A DNA stretch of 64,000 nucleotides, filler included, from Stramenopiles sp. TOSAG23-2 (taxonomy: Eukaryota): NCBI GenBank assembly GCA_900128395.1. It is 9 parts of 9 records of this genome, joined end to end, with 100 filler letters (N's around TTAATTAATTAA, not from the genome) between each part and the next. Parts side by side here need not be neighbours in the genome. Positions count along the whole stretch, not along the records: positions 26,390 to 52,578 come from LT649440.1; 8 more parts are not named here. One strand, written 5' to 3'. The notes beneath the pieces are model-generated. The model searched no databases and was not told the DNA's origin. It saw nothing but the letters and a program-made list of their open reading frames with translations. A program made the position numbers and the translations under genes. Shown in pieces: positions 32,367 to 45,300 of this stretch (its first letter is position 1; every line of letters begins with the position of its first letter).

Positions 32367-32697
32367 ACTCGATAGCGGTGAGGCTATATTCATTTTGAGG
32401 GTGTGTAGTCTATAAAAAAGTATACGAACAGAGTAATGAATTTTACAAAAAATAGTTTTTGTCTCGAAAAGATTAATAACACAATATCTATTGAATATCA
32501 AGAGCTTTATAAAATATATATATATTATTTCCTCCACACTCTCGTAAAAAGTATATAATATTACGTACTGTGTTTAATATACCCCACGCAATGATTTCAA
32601 AAAATACGCACATAATTATTTATAATCGAAACAAAGATGTAATGATGGTGTAATGCATGTATATCATATTTTTTTTAGTAAAAATTAAAATATCATT

Positions 32698-34789
32698 TTA
32701 TTCCTTTGCTGCATCACCAGGCAACGCAATTTCATCTTGATTCACTACACTACCACCTTCTCTTACTACTAACCCATCTCTCATAGCTTCCAATTTCTTC
32801 AACTGTTTATTAAATGCTTCTTGTCGTTTCCATGTACCCATCATAGCTTGTTGCTCATCATACTTTTTCTGAATACGATCCATCTCTCATAGCTTCCAAT
32901 TTCTTCAACTGTTTATTAAATGCTTCTTGTCGTTTCCATGTACCCATCATAGCTTGTTGCTCATCATACTTTTTCTGAATACGATGTGCACGATCAAGTT
33001 CTAATTGTTCTTGTACACATCCTAAAAAGTAATTATCTTCTGCTTTTTCAATTGTAGTACGCATATTTTTAATTTCACTCCTGGCTTCAACTTGTGCATC
33101 TAATGCATGTCTTAAACTAGCTTTAGCACGATTTAAACGATGTGCATCGCGCAATTGTTCCATTGGATATGCACGGGATGGATCAGGATTTGTTTCATGG
33201 TGATTTTCCCGACGTAATTCTTCTTTAATTTTTAAACGATGTTCAGCTTGTTTCAATTGATATTTCGTCGTCTCTCGTTGAATTTCCAATCTTTTCTTAT
33301 GCCTATGTGCAATTTCAAGATCTTTTTGTTTCTCTCGTTCTTGAATCTCCTTTGATTGGTGTTTCAATGTTTTCAATTGCTCTCGTAATGTTTTCTCATA
33401 CCTTTTATATGCCAATTGCAACACTAAAGGATCTTTTCCATCTTTATCAGTCATACGGTTTGGTTGCCTTGATGGTGTTAAGAATTTTGGATAGACATTT
33501 CCTTCACTTGGTTGAAACCATGTATCTGGATCTTTCACATCAATTGAATCTTCCGGCCTTCTACGCTCTTTCGTTTTATGTGGTCGAGTAGCATTTTGCT
33601 CATCCAATTCTTTACGGAATTTTTTATCTTTATCTTTCCTTTCTACTCTAACCTCTTCTTCGACACTGAATGGCCAATGCATTTTTTGGCCAGCTAAATA
33701 TTCTGCACGTTCAGCACGTAATCGCTCCATACGCTCTTCCCCTTGTTCTTTTTGCTCCTCTGCAAATTGTGACTCTTTCCGTTGCTTTGCCTCTCGTTCC
33801 CTTTCTGCCGTTATAACATCTTTATGCATAGATAAAATTTCATCCCTAAATTCTTTTTCATCTAAACGTCTTCTTAAATCTTTACGTTGTTGTTTTTTAT
33901 GCATTAATGTCAAATTTGCTGTTTCCAAATCCTTCTCTGATAATAATAATTTATTCCTTGGTGCTGTACCAATAGTATCAGATATTGATAAACCTTTCAT
34001 GAGCCTTGGTGCTGATTTCGATTTATTGAAACTTTTCCTACTTCTACTACTATTGTTCATGGTGCTATTCAACGTGTTATTCATACCACTTGCATTGCCA
34101 TTAATTTTTGGCAATACACTGTTGTTATTGTTATTGCTATTATTGCTATTGTTTTTCATATCACTAATTGTTGTTTCAACATTGTTACTACTTTGTTGTT
34201 GTTGACTATTGCTGCCAAATAATGCTAGATTTTTAGCCGTAGTTGGTGCATTTTTCGTAAAACTAGCACTTGTTTTCATAGACATTCTTGCCCCTTTTTC
34301 GCCATCGAAAAAGAATTGCAAACGAAATCGATCGCCACGCAATATGCCTATACCTTTGAATACAATAGCAATCATGTTGCCCCCATCTTTCAATAATTCA
34401 CCTATGTGTGATGTTATTTCACGATAAACTGTTTTAGCAACGTCTTTATTACATTTTGCTAGTTGTGCTAGTTTTGCAAAGTTTAAATCTTTTGTTGCCG
34501 TTTCTGGCGATTTACTTGCTTGTCTTGCTCTGAACTTGATTCCATATGTTTTTAAGAAATTATTTGCCATGATAAATTTTGGCTTCTTCAATTCTTTTTG
34601 AAATGATAACCGTGCAAAGTTAGGCAATACAATACCTTTATGCATTTTCGCGTTGGAACGCATACATTGAATTAAACCAGACCATATCGCATCATACGTA
34701 CCACGTGTTAAACCACTTGGTATTGAATTATTCCCTTCCCCTAAAGTAATATCTGCACATTCCGTTAATAAATCATCAATCCTATACAT
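32698..34789 (-). CDS. CCDC81-like protein (two HU-like domains plus coiled coil); 3' end split by a 106-bp duplication
   Basis: IWSGL..KGIVLPNFA..PKFIMANNFLKTYGI and LNFAKLA..IVFKGIGIL. Removing one copy of 32774-32985 joins the ORF to the stop at 32698. Confidence 0.75.
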
Positions 34790-34843
34790 TTTTGGTTTTG
34801 ATTTTTACTGCTTCTTTTGTATCTAGCTATTGATATCAGATAA

Positions 34844-34876
<33 letters not shown>

Positions 34877-35439
34877 GTCTGTATTGATATGAATATGGTT
34901 CTCAAAGTTGTTAGTCATTCTATACATCATAAATATAATTATATTCCAATAATAGCGGATGATCAAACAACAACGGATCAATATATTGATATGAATATGG
35001 TTCTCAAAGTTGTTAGTCATTCTATACATCATAAATATAATTATATTCCAATAATAGCGGATGATCAAACAACAACGGATCAATAAAAAATTCACAACGT
35101 CACTATCACTGCTGAGTCAGTATAGTGCTATTTCAATATTAATCCAAGACCACTTGCTATATCCATACTAGCTACTGGCAAAAACCGCTATACCCTAATA
35201 CTAACCTGGTGTATAGCAGCTGTTTTTTTTTTTTATATTATTATCCCCTACATTAGTTGTTACGTCACAGGGTCCTCATTTTAAGGATTATTAACATAAA
35301 GTGGTTTAAATTGTTTCTAGTATAAATAATAATACTGTTAGAGTATTAAACTTTACCTATCTATATGACTAGTGGAGGTAGAGAGAGACGTACTAATTGG
35401 GAGTCTGTAACTTTAATTCGGATATACCTTAATATTACA

Positions 35440-35770
35440 TGGACACAGCAGGGTCTACGAATTGGATATTTCGATTTCTCCCAGGTACACAGCAGGCAAT
35501 ATTTCTCCAAATTTCCCAGGTACACAGCAGGCTTTATTTTCCGAATTTCCCAGGTACACAGCAGGCTTTATTTTCCGAATTTTCCCAGGTACACAGCAGG
35601 CGATATTTCTCCGAATTTACCCAGGTACACAGCAGGTGTTATATGTCACAAATCACCATAAAATAGTAGGTATACAGTACACAGCAGGCGATATTTCTCC
35701 GTTTTGCCCCAGGTACACAGCAGGTGTTATATGTCACAAATCACCATAAAATAGTAGGTATACAGCAGGT
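35440..35770. repeat. Minisatellite with a conserved CCCAGGTACACAGCAGG core, period ~34-36 bp
   Basis: Cores at 35480, 35515, 35549, 35584, 35620 and 35708, with partial cores at 35443, 35677 and 35757. Confidence 0.9.
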
Positions 35771-36210
35771 CTTAAAATTGAAAAATGTCACATAGGGTGA
35801 AATGTTAAAACCAACAGTATAAAAAAGGAATTATAGTACAACAATGGTAGCCTTCCGCTATTTACGATTTTAGCACTCATTTCTAAATATTAGTGAAATT
35901 TGTGCTAAATTTATTGACTTTACCAAACATTGTCAGGATTGCAGCAAATACAAAAATCACCTCATCCTAACTCACACCCTTAAAAAACAAATGTAGGGCC
36001 CTCGCCGTATGGCATTTTTTTATTATTTTATTTGGCACTTATAGCACCTTAGCGATTTAATAATTAAAATTGTGGTAATAAAATCAACGTCTAACACATA
36101 GAAAAGAGAAATAGTAGAGAGATATAATACGCAAAGGTATAAATTGGATAAAGAAACAAATTACTGTTATACATACATACATATACACATTAATTAAAAT
36201 TATCAACAAC

Positions 36211-37161
36211 ATGTCGGAATCATTAGCAGAAGCATTGGCTGGTGCAGCAGGTGGTGCATTTTCATCATTTTGTGTATATCCATACATATACACATTAATT
36301 AAAATTATCAACAACATGTCGGAATCATTAGCAGAAGCATTGGCTGGTGCAGCAGGTGGTGCATTTTCATCATTTTGTGTATATCCCATCGAAGTGGTAA
36401 AAACTGTAATGCAAGTAGTAGATGAAGATGAGGAACAAGGGAAACAACGTAAAACAAGAACTGTTGTGCAGGTATGTAATGATATCATTCGTGAACAAGG
36501 ATACTTTGGTTTTTTTAAAGGTGTTGAACTAGGTTCCTTACAAAGTGCATTGCAAAATTTTGTGAGATTTTATATATATGGAGCTTTATTACGTTCATAT
36601 CGTGCAAATGTTAATAATAATATTGGTTTTACTGCAAATTTATTAATTGGTTACGTAGCAGATTTAGCACATTTACCAGTAACGTTGCCAATTGAAACAA
36701 TTGCTGTACGTATTCAAACAGATTCAAAAAAGGAAGGTTATTTCAATATTGTAAAAAATTCACTTGCTGATGGTAGTTGTTACAACGGATTATCTGCATA
36801 TTGGTTTTTATGTTTTAATCCAGCAATTCGCACGGTTATTTATGATCGTTTAAAAGGTATGTTTTTAATACGTATGGGTTTAAATGAAGTAAGTGCATTA
36901 GCTGCATTATTTCTTGGTATGATAGCACGTGTTATTGCAAGTACATTGATGTATCCAATCATTCGTGGGCGTGTAATATTACAAGGTCAAAAGAAATCTT
37001 TGGGATTATGGGAAAGTTTAAATAAGATTATAAAAGAACATGGTATATTGAGTTTATATGATGGACTTGATGCTGAATTAATACGCGGTGTATGGAGTAC
37101 TGGGTTAAAATATATGGCGAAAGAATCAGTTGAAGGATATGTGAAAAGTTTGATAGTATGA
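36211..37161 (+). CDS. Mitochondrial-carrier-family protein, probably the peroxisomal adenine nucleotide/cofactor carrier type (PMP34/ANT1-like)
   Basis: Three carrier signatures (YPIEVVKT, LPIETIAVR, YPIIRGR), ALAGAAGG and LCFNPAI. The first 35 codons are duplicated, with a second ATG at 36316. Confidence 0.8.
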   Translation: MSESLAEALAGAAGGAFSSFCVYPYIYTLIKIINNMSESLAEALAGAAGGAFSSFCVYPIEVVKTVMQVVDEDEEQGKQRKTRTVVQVCNDIIREQGYFGFFKGVELGSLQSALQNFVRFYIYGALLRSYRANVNNNIGFTANLLIGYVADLAHLPVTLPIETIAVRIQTDSKKEGYFNIVKNSLADGSCYNGLSAYWFLCFNPAIRTVIYDRLKGMFLIRMGLNEVSALAALFLGMIARVIASTLMYPIIRGRVILQGQKKSLGLWESLNKIIKEHGILSLYDGLDAELIRGVWSTGLKYMAKESVEGYVKSLIV

Positions 37162-37430
37162 AAATATTAATACAATAGTGATTTTTTGAAACAGAAATAA
37201 TAAAAAAAAGAGAGAGAGAGTATGGCGAAAGAATCAGTTGAAGGATATGTGAAAAGTTTGATAGTATGAAAATATTAATACAATAGTGATTTTTTGAAAC
37301 AGAAATAATAAAAAAAAGAGAGAGAGAGAGAGAGGTTTCAAATAGTGGTTTCAATAAACATATGAATGTATCCATTTTGTTTTTACAAATTTTATCATAT
37401 TACACCAAACAACCCCCCCCCGTTCTGTAA

Positions 37431-38778
37431 TTATTGTTGGAAAAATCTTGCCGGTAATGTTTCTCTCAAATCTACATTACTTATACGAAATCCATCCTCT
37501 CTACTGTGTAATTTTGTATATATTTCATCAAATATCAAACGGCGATTACCCCAGCCCCCTCGAATATCTAATTTTTTATTTATTATACTAGGATGAGTAC
37601 CACGAACATACTCATCATCATTCCACTCATCGGCTCCACGTAACATTATTCCTGCACCATAATCCATCACTGCTTCTGGTAAATATTTTAATATTTTCAT
37701 CATTATTGACACATTTACCAATATATTTTTATTTGGGTTTTCATATAGCTCCACGTAACATTATTCCTGCACCATAATCCATCACTGCTTCTGGTAAATA
37801 TTTTAATATTTTCATCATTATTGACACATTTACCAATATATTTTTATTTGGGTTTTCATATAAACATATTTTAACAATTTCATTTGCAACATATTTTGGT
37901 TCTTTTGCCATCTTATGGATATAACTTTTACTAGCATCAATAAATTGTAAAAGAGGATTTTTAAACAAGGTTTTATTATTTTCAATATGTTGAATTGTCA
38001 TATCTGTCGTGTGATTCATTGATAATTTTGTTGCTATCGCACCAGGGTATACACCTTTTACTTGTACACCAACAAGACTTAATTCTTGTCTCAATGCAAT
38101 CACATATGCTTGCAAAGCAAATTTCGACATTGAATATGCAGCATTAAAAGCACTAGATTGCATTGCATATGCAATTTCTGACAATATTGGGACTACAATG
38201 CTACCTCGTTGCATACAACCAAAAAATGCTTTGACGCATCTATGTACACCCATAACATTAATATCCATCACTTTTTGTATTTGATTTGCAGATAATTCCA
38301 TTAAAGGTCCAGTTCGAGTAATACCAGCACAACATATTAAAACATCTACAGCATAATCATTGCCAATTAAGAAATCATACACTTTCTTTAAGTCTTTGTC
38401 TTTTGTTACATCACATTTAAAGCTTGTAAAACGACGATCAAGGCCTTCTGATGATGCATCATCAGTAATAAATTCTTGAAATATTTCTTTTCCATCAACT
38501 TCAACTACATCAAGACCAATTAGTTCCAAATCTGTATCTTTATATATAGCTTTAAGAGTTGCAAGTCCAATTCCTGATGAGCATCCAGATACAATTGCAC
38601 ATAATGGCCTATGGTTTCGTTCATCATCATTTGAAATTCGCTTCTTTACTTTATTGCAACAGGACGGGAATAGCATTTTGAAAGCGACATAACTCATAAT
38701 AAAATACAATGCTAGTATTAACACATTTAGAATATAATGATCACTATTATAAAATAATATTTTTAGTATTGATTGCAT
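37431..38778 (-). CDS. Short-chain dehydrogenase/reductase with an N-terminal membrane anchor; split by a 115-bp duplication
   Basis: VSGCSSGIG, CDVT, CCAG, YSMSK and YPGAIAT. Collapsing 37633-37862 fuses ORF 37741-38778 with ORF 37431-37754. Confidence 0.88.
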
Positions 38779-38819
38779 TATTGCTTATATTGTTATTTGT
38801 TGTGTATGATAATATGTTT

Positions 38820-39775
38820 TTATTCTGCTAAACCTCGTTCTGCCGCTTCATGTGTTACAATTATATTTTCACTGATATCTTCAATACTTTCATGTTGTTC
38901 TTCCACTAAACTAGCTAAATCTTGAAATATTTCATTTACTTTTCCTAATTCTTTATTGATTTCAAGCATTGCCTCTTGCCTTTCTCGTATAAGAGCTTCA
39001 TTCACTTCTAATTCACCTTCCACAATCATTTGTTCTTGTAAACGTCTTTCCATAGCATCTCGTGATAAAAAAACACCAGCTTTATTGATATCACTAATAC
39101 TTCCATCACGACTATGTTTCAATGAACCAGGATTATTACTTTTAAAACTACTATTTGCACTACTTAATTTAAATGAATCATTATCAAATGATGATGATGT
39201 GGAGGAACGACCACCATTAATCGGGGATGGTGGTGGAAATTGTCGTAATTTCACACGTGCTTTTTTTTCTAAACTGGTTAGTAATTTCTTTTCTTTTTTT
39301 AAATCTGCAATTAATTTTTTACGACTAACTATTTGTGATTTATCTATACGTTCCTGCCCACTATTTGCAGTTTTTTTCAACTTTTTTTCCATATTAGACA
39401 TGTCCTTGTCCAATTTTTCTGTATTCGTAATTAACGTTTTAATAGATGCAAATACTTCATTCAATTTTTCTCTCATTTCATATGAATCCTTACGAGTGCC
39501 AATGTTTTCTACAATTTTTTGTGTAGCTAATATTTTTCTATTTACAACCATGACACCTGTTTTACATTTAATTAATTGTTCTTGATAATGTTCATTTGCG
39601 GAGAAGTCTTTTAATGATGCTGTATTATTTGACATATTGGATGATATACTATTTTGACTGGCTCTTGATGATGACATAGATGTGAAAGGATTGTCACGAG
39701 TACTATTGGATGGGGATCGAAAATTACGTTCTGATTGGGAGGTAGTACGACTATTATTTAAAAAAGGATTTCCCC

Positions 39776-39807
<32 letters not shown>

Positions 39808-39845
39808 CATCTTGGATCTGAACTATGTGATGCAAGTGATGACAT
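38820..39845 (-). CDS. Qa-SNARE syntaxin (STX7/12-like) lacking the C-terminal TM anchor
   Basis: IGTRKDSYEMREKL and LIRERQEAMLEINKELGKVNEIFQDLASLVEEQHESIEDISENI. Likely ATG at 39845. Confidence 0.85.
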
Positions 39846-40349
39846 TTTTGTGTGTATATATTGGTATATATATGTTGGTATTATTATTATTATTATTATT
39901 ATTCCATCTTGGATCTGAACTATGTGATGCAAGTGATGACATTTTTGTGTGTATATATTGGTATATATATGTTGGTATATATTATTATTATAATATAAGG
40001 TTAGAATTAAATCTATTATTGAATGATATTATATATATATATATATGTATAGTTCAGTTCAATGTATATAATCTGTATAACTTAACTCATAATATAGTAT
40101 TAAAAAAGTTTTTAGTGTGTTTATATATGTTCTTATGTTATAATGTCTATATAGAATACATGTGTATTGTGCTATTAGTTTGTTCTTCTTTGATCCATTT
40201 TTTTTTGTTGCCAATAATATTATAATATAAATTTTTACACTTTACAATGCTATCGGTATTACAATGCTATGTTCATGCTAGGGGAAAACCCTGACGATAA
40301 CATCAATCGGCTGGAACGAGTCTTCTTGTGGTTGGGAAGGTTTTTTCTT

Positions 40350-40672
40350 GTTTGTAACAAAAGTTGACATCATATATTTTTTTTGCCTAACGTAAAAAAG
40401 AAATGAAACTTTTGAAGTTTTCTTCTTGTTGTTGTTTGTAACAAAAGTTGACATCATATATTTTTTTTGCCTAACGTAAAAAAGAAATGAAACTTTTGAA
40501 GTTTTCTTCTTGTTGTTGTTTGTAACAAAAGTTGACATCATATATTTTTTTTGCCTAACGTAAAAAAGAAATGAAACTTTTGAAGTTTTCTTCTTGTTGT
40601 TGTTTGTAACAAAAGTTGACATCATATATTTTTTTTGCCTAACGTAAAAAAGAAATTAAACCTTTGAAGTTT
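40350..40672. repeat. 87-bp tandem repeat, ~3.7 copies
   Basis: The unit GTTTGTAACAAAAGTTGACATCATATATTT...GAAGTTTTCTTCTTGTTGTT is repeated. Confidence 0.92.
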
Positions 40673-41528
40673 TGAACTCTAATTCTAATTGAAGTTTTGA
40701 TGTATATATTTATATATATTGGTGTTGCACAATCCATTAACTAACTCCTTTGAACACGTGTAAAAATATTTTGTTCTCTGCCTTTAAAAAAAGAATCTCG
40801 CCCATAAAACGCTTTTCATTTGTACTCATGCGCCTGCCAAAGTATTGCGTAAGGACTTGTCGGTATCTCTGTCACACAATTCCCGAATTCTCCGCGCAAG
40901 ATTATGTGCCCAAGGCGCGATGGCTGAAGAAGGCTTTTGCCTGGATAATTATTACATTTTTTCTACGATTAGATCAGCGAGACAGAAAAAAAAAGGAACC
41001 AAAAACCACAAAAGTCTATAAAGTCTATTTTCGTACCTTCTATCAAATATCCAAATTACTTCATGCCTAAAACATCAATGAATTCGTAACTTTACCTGTT
41101 CTTGACATTCAGCGTAAAAATATACTCTATTTCCATACAAAATGATATATGGGTTAGCTAGTGTATTGAGTACAAAACTGAATCAAAGTACGAGAAACGC
41201 CTTCATTTTACCTCAAGTGATCCGTTTTCTCCATACGCGCCATCATTCATAGGTGATTGTACTTGCTACACTATTAAAATGAATATCCAATCCGATGTAA
41301 CGAATTGGACGACACACTAAAATTAAAAGAAAAAAAATATAAAAAAATTGCAAAAAAGCAGTAAGTAGAAAGTGAACTGTTTACCATTGGAGACATTGGC
41401 ATTTTGCCTTCGCTGCTCCAGAGTGCCTACCTGCACGGGGGCTATGGCACCCACGAGGACAGAACTTCTTCTTCCCGCTAACCGACGTGATAAACCCATC
41501 TCCGTGACTGCGGTGCACGAAACGACAC

Positions 41529-41933
41529 ATGCCGAAAAGGTTACCCCGGCGCCACCACACTGGCAAGTCCAACTTGGAGCGGGCGATACCAGCCATCGAC
41601 GTAGAGGAGCTCAAAGTGAAGCCGCCGATTCTCAGGTACATCGACCCGCACGAGCACGTTGCAAAGGATTGGAAACGCCCGACCAAGCTGTACGAGCCTC
41701 CGACCGTGACGCAAACAAAGTTGGGCGGAACCTTGGTTCGCCCAGAGTCGCGCTGCAGCGCCCAAAAGGTCGCGCATGTGGTCGACTCGTTCATGGAAAG
41801 CCATAAAGAAGTTGTCTTCATGCAAAAGCAATGGAGCAATGCCCAGCCCCTTCTTGGGGTCTCGGAATGGCTACCGGGAGAAGCTCCGCGGGCAAAACCC
41901 ATATTTACAAATACAGACGACATATTCCAATAA
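41529..41933 (+). CDS. GC-rich hypothetical protein
   Basis: 134-aa ATG-initiated ORF with many G/C-ending codons, unlike the AT-rich genes elsewhere. Confidence 0.55.
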   Translation: MPKRLPRRHHTGKSNLERAIPAIDVEELKVKPPILRYIDPHEHVAKDWKRPTKLYEPPTVTQTKLGGTLVRPESRCSAQKVAHVVDSFMESHKEVVFMQKQWSNAQPLLGVSEWLPGEAPRAKPIFTNTDDIFQ

Positions 41934-42177
41934 AAGTTTATGCCACTGAGACGTTGTATAGACCACCGCGTGTGGTGTCTCAAAGAGGGAAATACTTCAA
42001 CTAAACAGAAATATTAGATTATATATAAATGTATTTAAACTTTTTTTGCATTTTCAAAACACGAAGATTTGCGCGCGCGGTAAATTTTGAGTGCACACGT
42101 TATTAAAAGATTATTTTATATTTAGAATACACACTTCTTGAAGAAAGGCCTCTTACTTAGAAATCTCTCTATGACTA

Positions 42178-42252
42178 CAAAATGTGTTTGCCACAGTGCC
42201 GCGTGAAGGGCGTTAACACGGCACAGGCAAACACGTCCAAAAATGGTTGCGG
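42178..42252. repeat. Hairpin direct repeat, copy 1 (downstream of the P5 ATPase)
   Basis: CAAAATGTGTTTGCCACAGTGCCG...CGGCACAGGCAAACACGTCCAAAAATGGTTGCGG, nearly identical to 46660-46736. Confidence 0.92.
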
Positions 42253-42335
42253 TGGGATCGTATTAAAAAAAATATATATGCAGTCAAAGTATTTGCCTTT
42301 TACTGAGCAACTACGACTCTAAAATTTCTTCTTTC

Positions 42336-45300
42336 CTATTCATGTATCATCTGGGACGCGAATAATGGTTTCTTGGCCTCCACCAAGATACTAAGAACAT
42401 CGCTCGCTATCATGATAATGTAAATGAGAAATAAGGTTGACCACGATATACCTTTCACCGAAGGGTCGTGACTGGGGAGACGGGTGCCATCACGTACCAA
42501 ACCCGTTTGATACCTTATCCATGTTATTCGATCGGTATACTTCCGATTGAAATTTTCGTTTGGCATGTGAAACCATTTTGTTGCCGTAGTCGAAGGACTA
42601 AGTAGTAGAAATGTCAAGAAAGCAAAATTTGCAAGGATAAACAGAATCAACCATCGGTTTTTCAGGATGGACGCCCGGAACTTCCCTCCCAAAGTATAAG
42701 CAATTGCGGCACCGTACATACGCATGCAAAAGAAGACATACAAGAAACCTACTTCGTATGAGTCAAATTTAGTCCATTCTTTCCAAACAACAGTATATTC
42801 CGCAGGGTGTGCCACGTAGCCACGATCACAAACCAAGACCCACAGCCCAACCAAAAAGGCACATATGGATACAATATGAAATTTGAGTATGCTCCACACC
42901 GTGTCGGCACTCAGCAGTGATGCCGTCGGGGTTTGCACTGCAAGCTCTGTCTTGGGCTGTGCATAGGTCATAAGAGTCGTGACTACAATAACGAAGAGAA
43001 CATCGACCGTTACGTAAGCCAAAGTAGGCATATACGCCCCAAACACATAGCCGCAAACTTTAACGATACAAAATATTTGGCCGTAAATTACCAAAAACTT
43101 ATAACTCGCAAACGAATTCGCTAAAGCGCACCGGCCTTCCAGAAGCAAGTCGACCGCTGCTACCAAACTTTTCCTCGTCGTTGTAAACGGTGCGACTATG
43201 GATGCATCACTGCCACTTAGCGCTAGACCTACATGCGCCATCCTAAGCGCACCACAATCATTCCCCCCATCGCCAACCATCCCAACAATTTTGCCATTGT
43301 CCATAATACGCTGAACCAAATCTTGCTTTTGGTCAGGTGACATGCGGGCATAGACGAGCACGGTTTCAATCAACCTATTGATGTAGAGCCCCTCTTCCTG
43401 TAGCACATTGTACGCGTTTCCCGTCATTGCTAATTGAAAGCTATCGCTGTCTGCCATAACCTTTTGCAACACCTGATCTGTATTGTAAGCTTCAGCAGAA
43501 GAGCCATTCGGTACCAGAGGCGTCCACGAAACATTTCCAGTGATAACATCAACATCTCCAAGAAGGACATCTTTTGCACTTTCAAAGATTCCGCACCCTT
43601 TTGCAATGTAATTGCCACACATAGCATTGTCACCAGTCACCATGATGCACTCGATCCCCCCCCGCCGTAGCTTTTCAAAGGCTGCTGGGGAAGACGGCTT
43701 CATTTCGTTGCGGAAGAGAAGTAGCCCGAGGAAAGTTAAATCCTTCTCCGTCTCTTGCCGTGAGATCTTTCCTGTCGTCGTACCATTGAACCGCTTGGTT
43801 GACAATGCTAACACATAATTTCCCAGGAGGGAAAACTGCATGATTAGGCGCTCCATATTCGCTGGTATTGTTTCTGGTAAGCATAGTTTCAGCAACTTTT
43901 CAGGGGCTCCTTTCACGTAAACGACTTTGGTACTGTTAACCAAGTCTTCCACAACTACACTCATTGTCATTGTGTGATGATCAAACTTAAACACTTCCAA
44001 AGTCTTGAGCTTTCGCTTCCCTTGTTGTTTGACAAACATAGTGCTGTTCAAAACCTCTAGCTCAAATCCTGTTGCCCCGAACATTTCGATTTCCACCTGA
44101 GGCCCAATTACCCCGCTTCGAAAGACAGCAAGATTGTGACAAGTGGCGAGGCCATTAACAATAATCGGTGACAGTTTCTCAACGTTTCTTTCTACCTTGC
44201 ATTCATTTTGGTTTTGAGTTTCCGTGCAGACAAATCCTATGTAATCAAGGCCCTCTTTTGTAATTGTTCCAGTTTTGTCAAAACATACGGTCTTTACTTT
44301 TCCACCGAGCGCAATTCGGCTTGGACTTTTCACGTCAATATTGCATTCGTTTGATAGTCGTTTGGCGCTTGACAGTTGTCCTACCACTAGCGCAAGTGGG
44401 ATTGCTGGAGAAAATAGCTGGCTTGTGCACCAAATGAACATAAAAACCAGATTAATCGGAGAAGGAATTTCTGCACCGCTGGCAAGTGTGAATAAGACTC
44501 CTATGAGGCCAGTGATAATCCCTTCAAAGAACAGCATTACACTTACTGGCCCTAGGTCATTGTCCCATTGAAATGCCATCGGCGTCGGGTACAATATATC
44601 TTGGATCATATTTCCCCTTACGGTTGAAATACCAGTGCGCCAAACAATGGCTATTGCTACTCTATCTCCTGTTGCAGTGCCACTGTGCTCTTCTGCGGTT
44701 CCTGAACCATCTTTGCTGACTTTTCCAATTTCGAGTATTTTGCAGCCGGCGAAAAGGAAATAATCCTCTCCAACTTTTTCTTCAATGAAAATGGACTGCA
44801 AAGAGGATCGTCTAGTCTTCGTACCTTTACCGCTGCTTACCGTATTGTCTTTTTCAGTCTCATTCACCAAAGAATCGAGCGCAAACGATTCTCGAAGTAC
44901 GGACTCCATCCTACTACTTCTACTGTTCCTATGTGACATTAAGGCATTTGTCTGGACTTCTAAATCATGCGTAGCTTCGGCTTTGGGCAACGCCTTTTTG
45001 TTCACTGGCATTGGTTCGCCAGTTAATCCACTTTCATTGCACACGACGTTGCCGCGGATCAAAACCATGTCTGCTGGAATATCCCAAGCCTCATTGGCCC
45101 CGTTTCTTAGTTTTACAATATCTCCAGGCACCAGGTCTGTCGATGGCACATCCATCCATTCGCGTTTCCCTAACCCGTTCTCCCGCAACACGGTCGTGTG
45201 AGACCATAACCTGGTCATATTGAAAATCTTCTGTTTTGCCTTGTGTTTTACGTAAACTCGGACGAGTGCAGAAACCCCAACAACCGATGAAAGAATGCCC

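Noticed and set aside
35440..35770. CRISPR-like repeat/spacer appearance
   Set aside because: The linkers are short and homologous to each other, there are no cas genes, and the context is eukaryotic.
40278..40330. CTAG at the island edge as a Helitron 3' end
   Set aside because: No convincing GC hairpin at the expected distance, and the flanking base does not fit an A/T target.
40278..40625. 115-aa ORF with three identical repeats
   Set aside because: It is simply the translation of the 87-bp tandem repeat.
41372..41983. Overlapping 144-aa (+) and 200-aa (-) ORFs
   Set aside because: Non-ATG starts. They are shadows of stop-poor GC-rich DNA around the 134-aa ORF.
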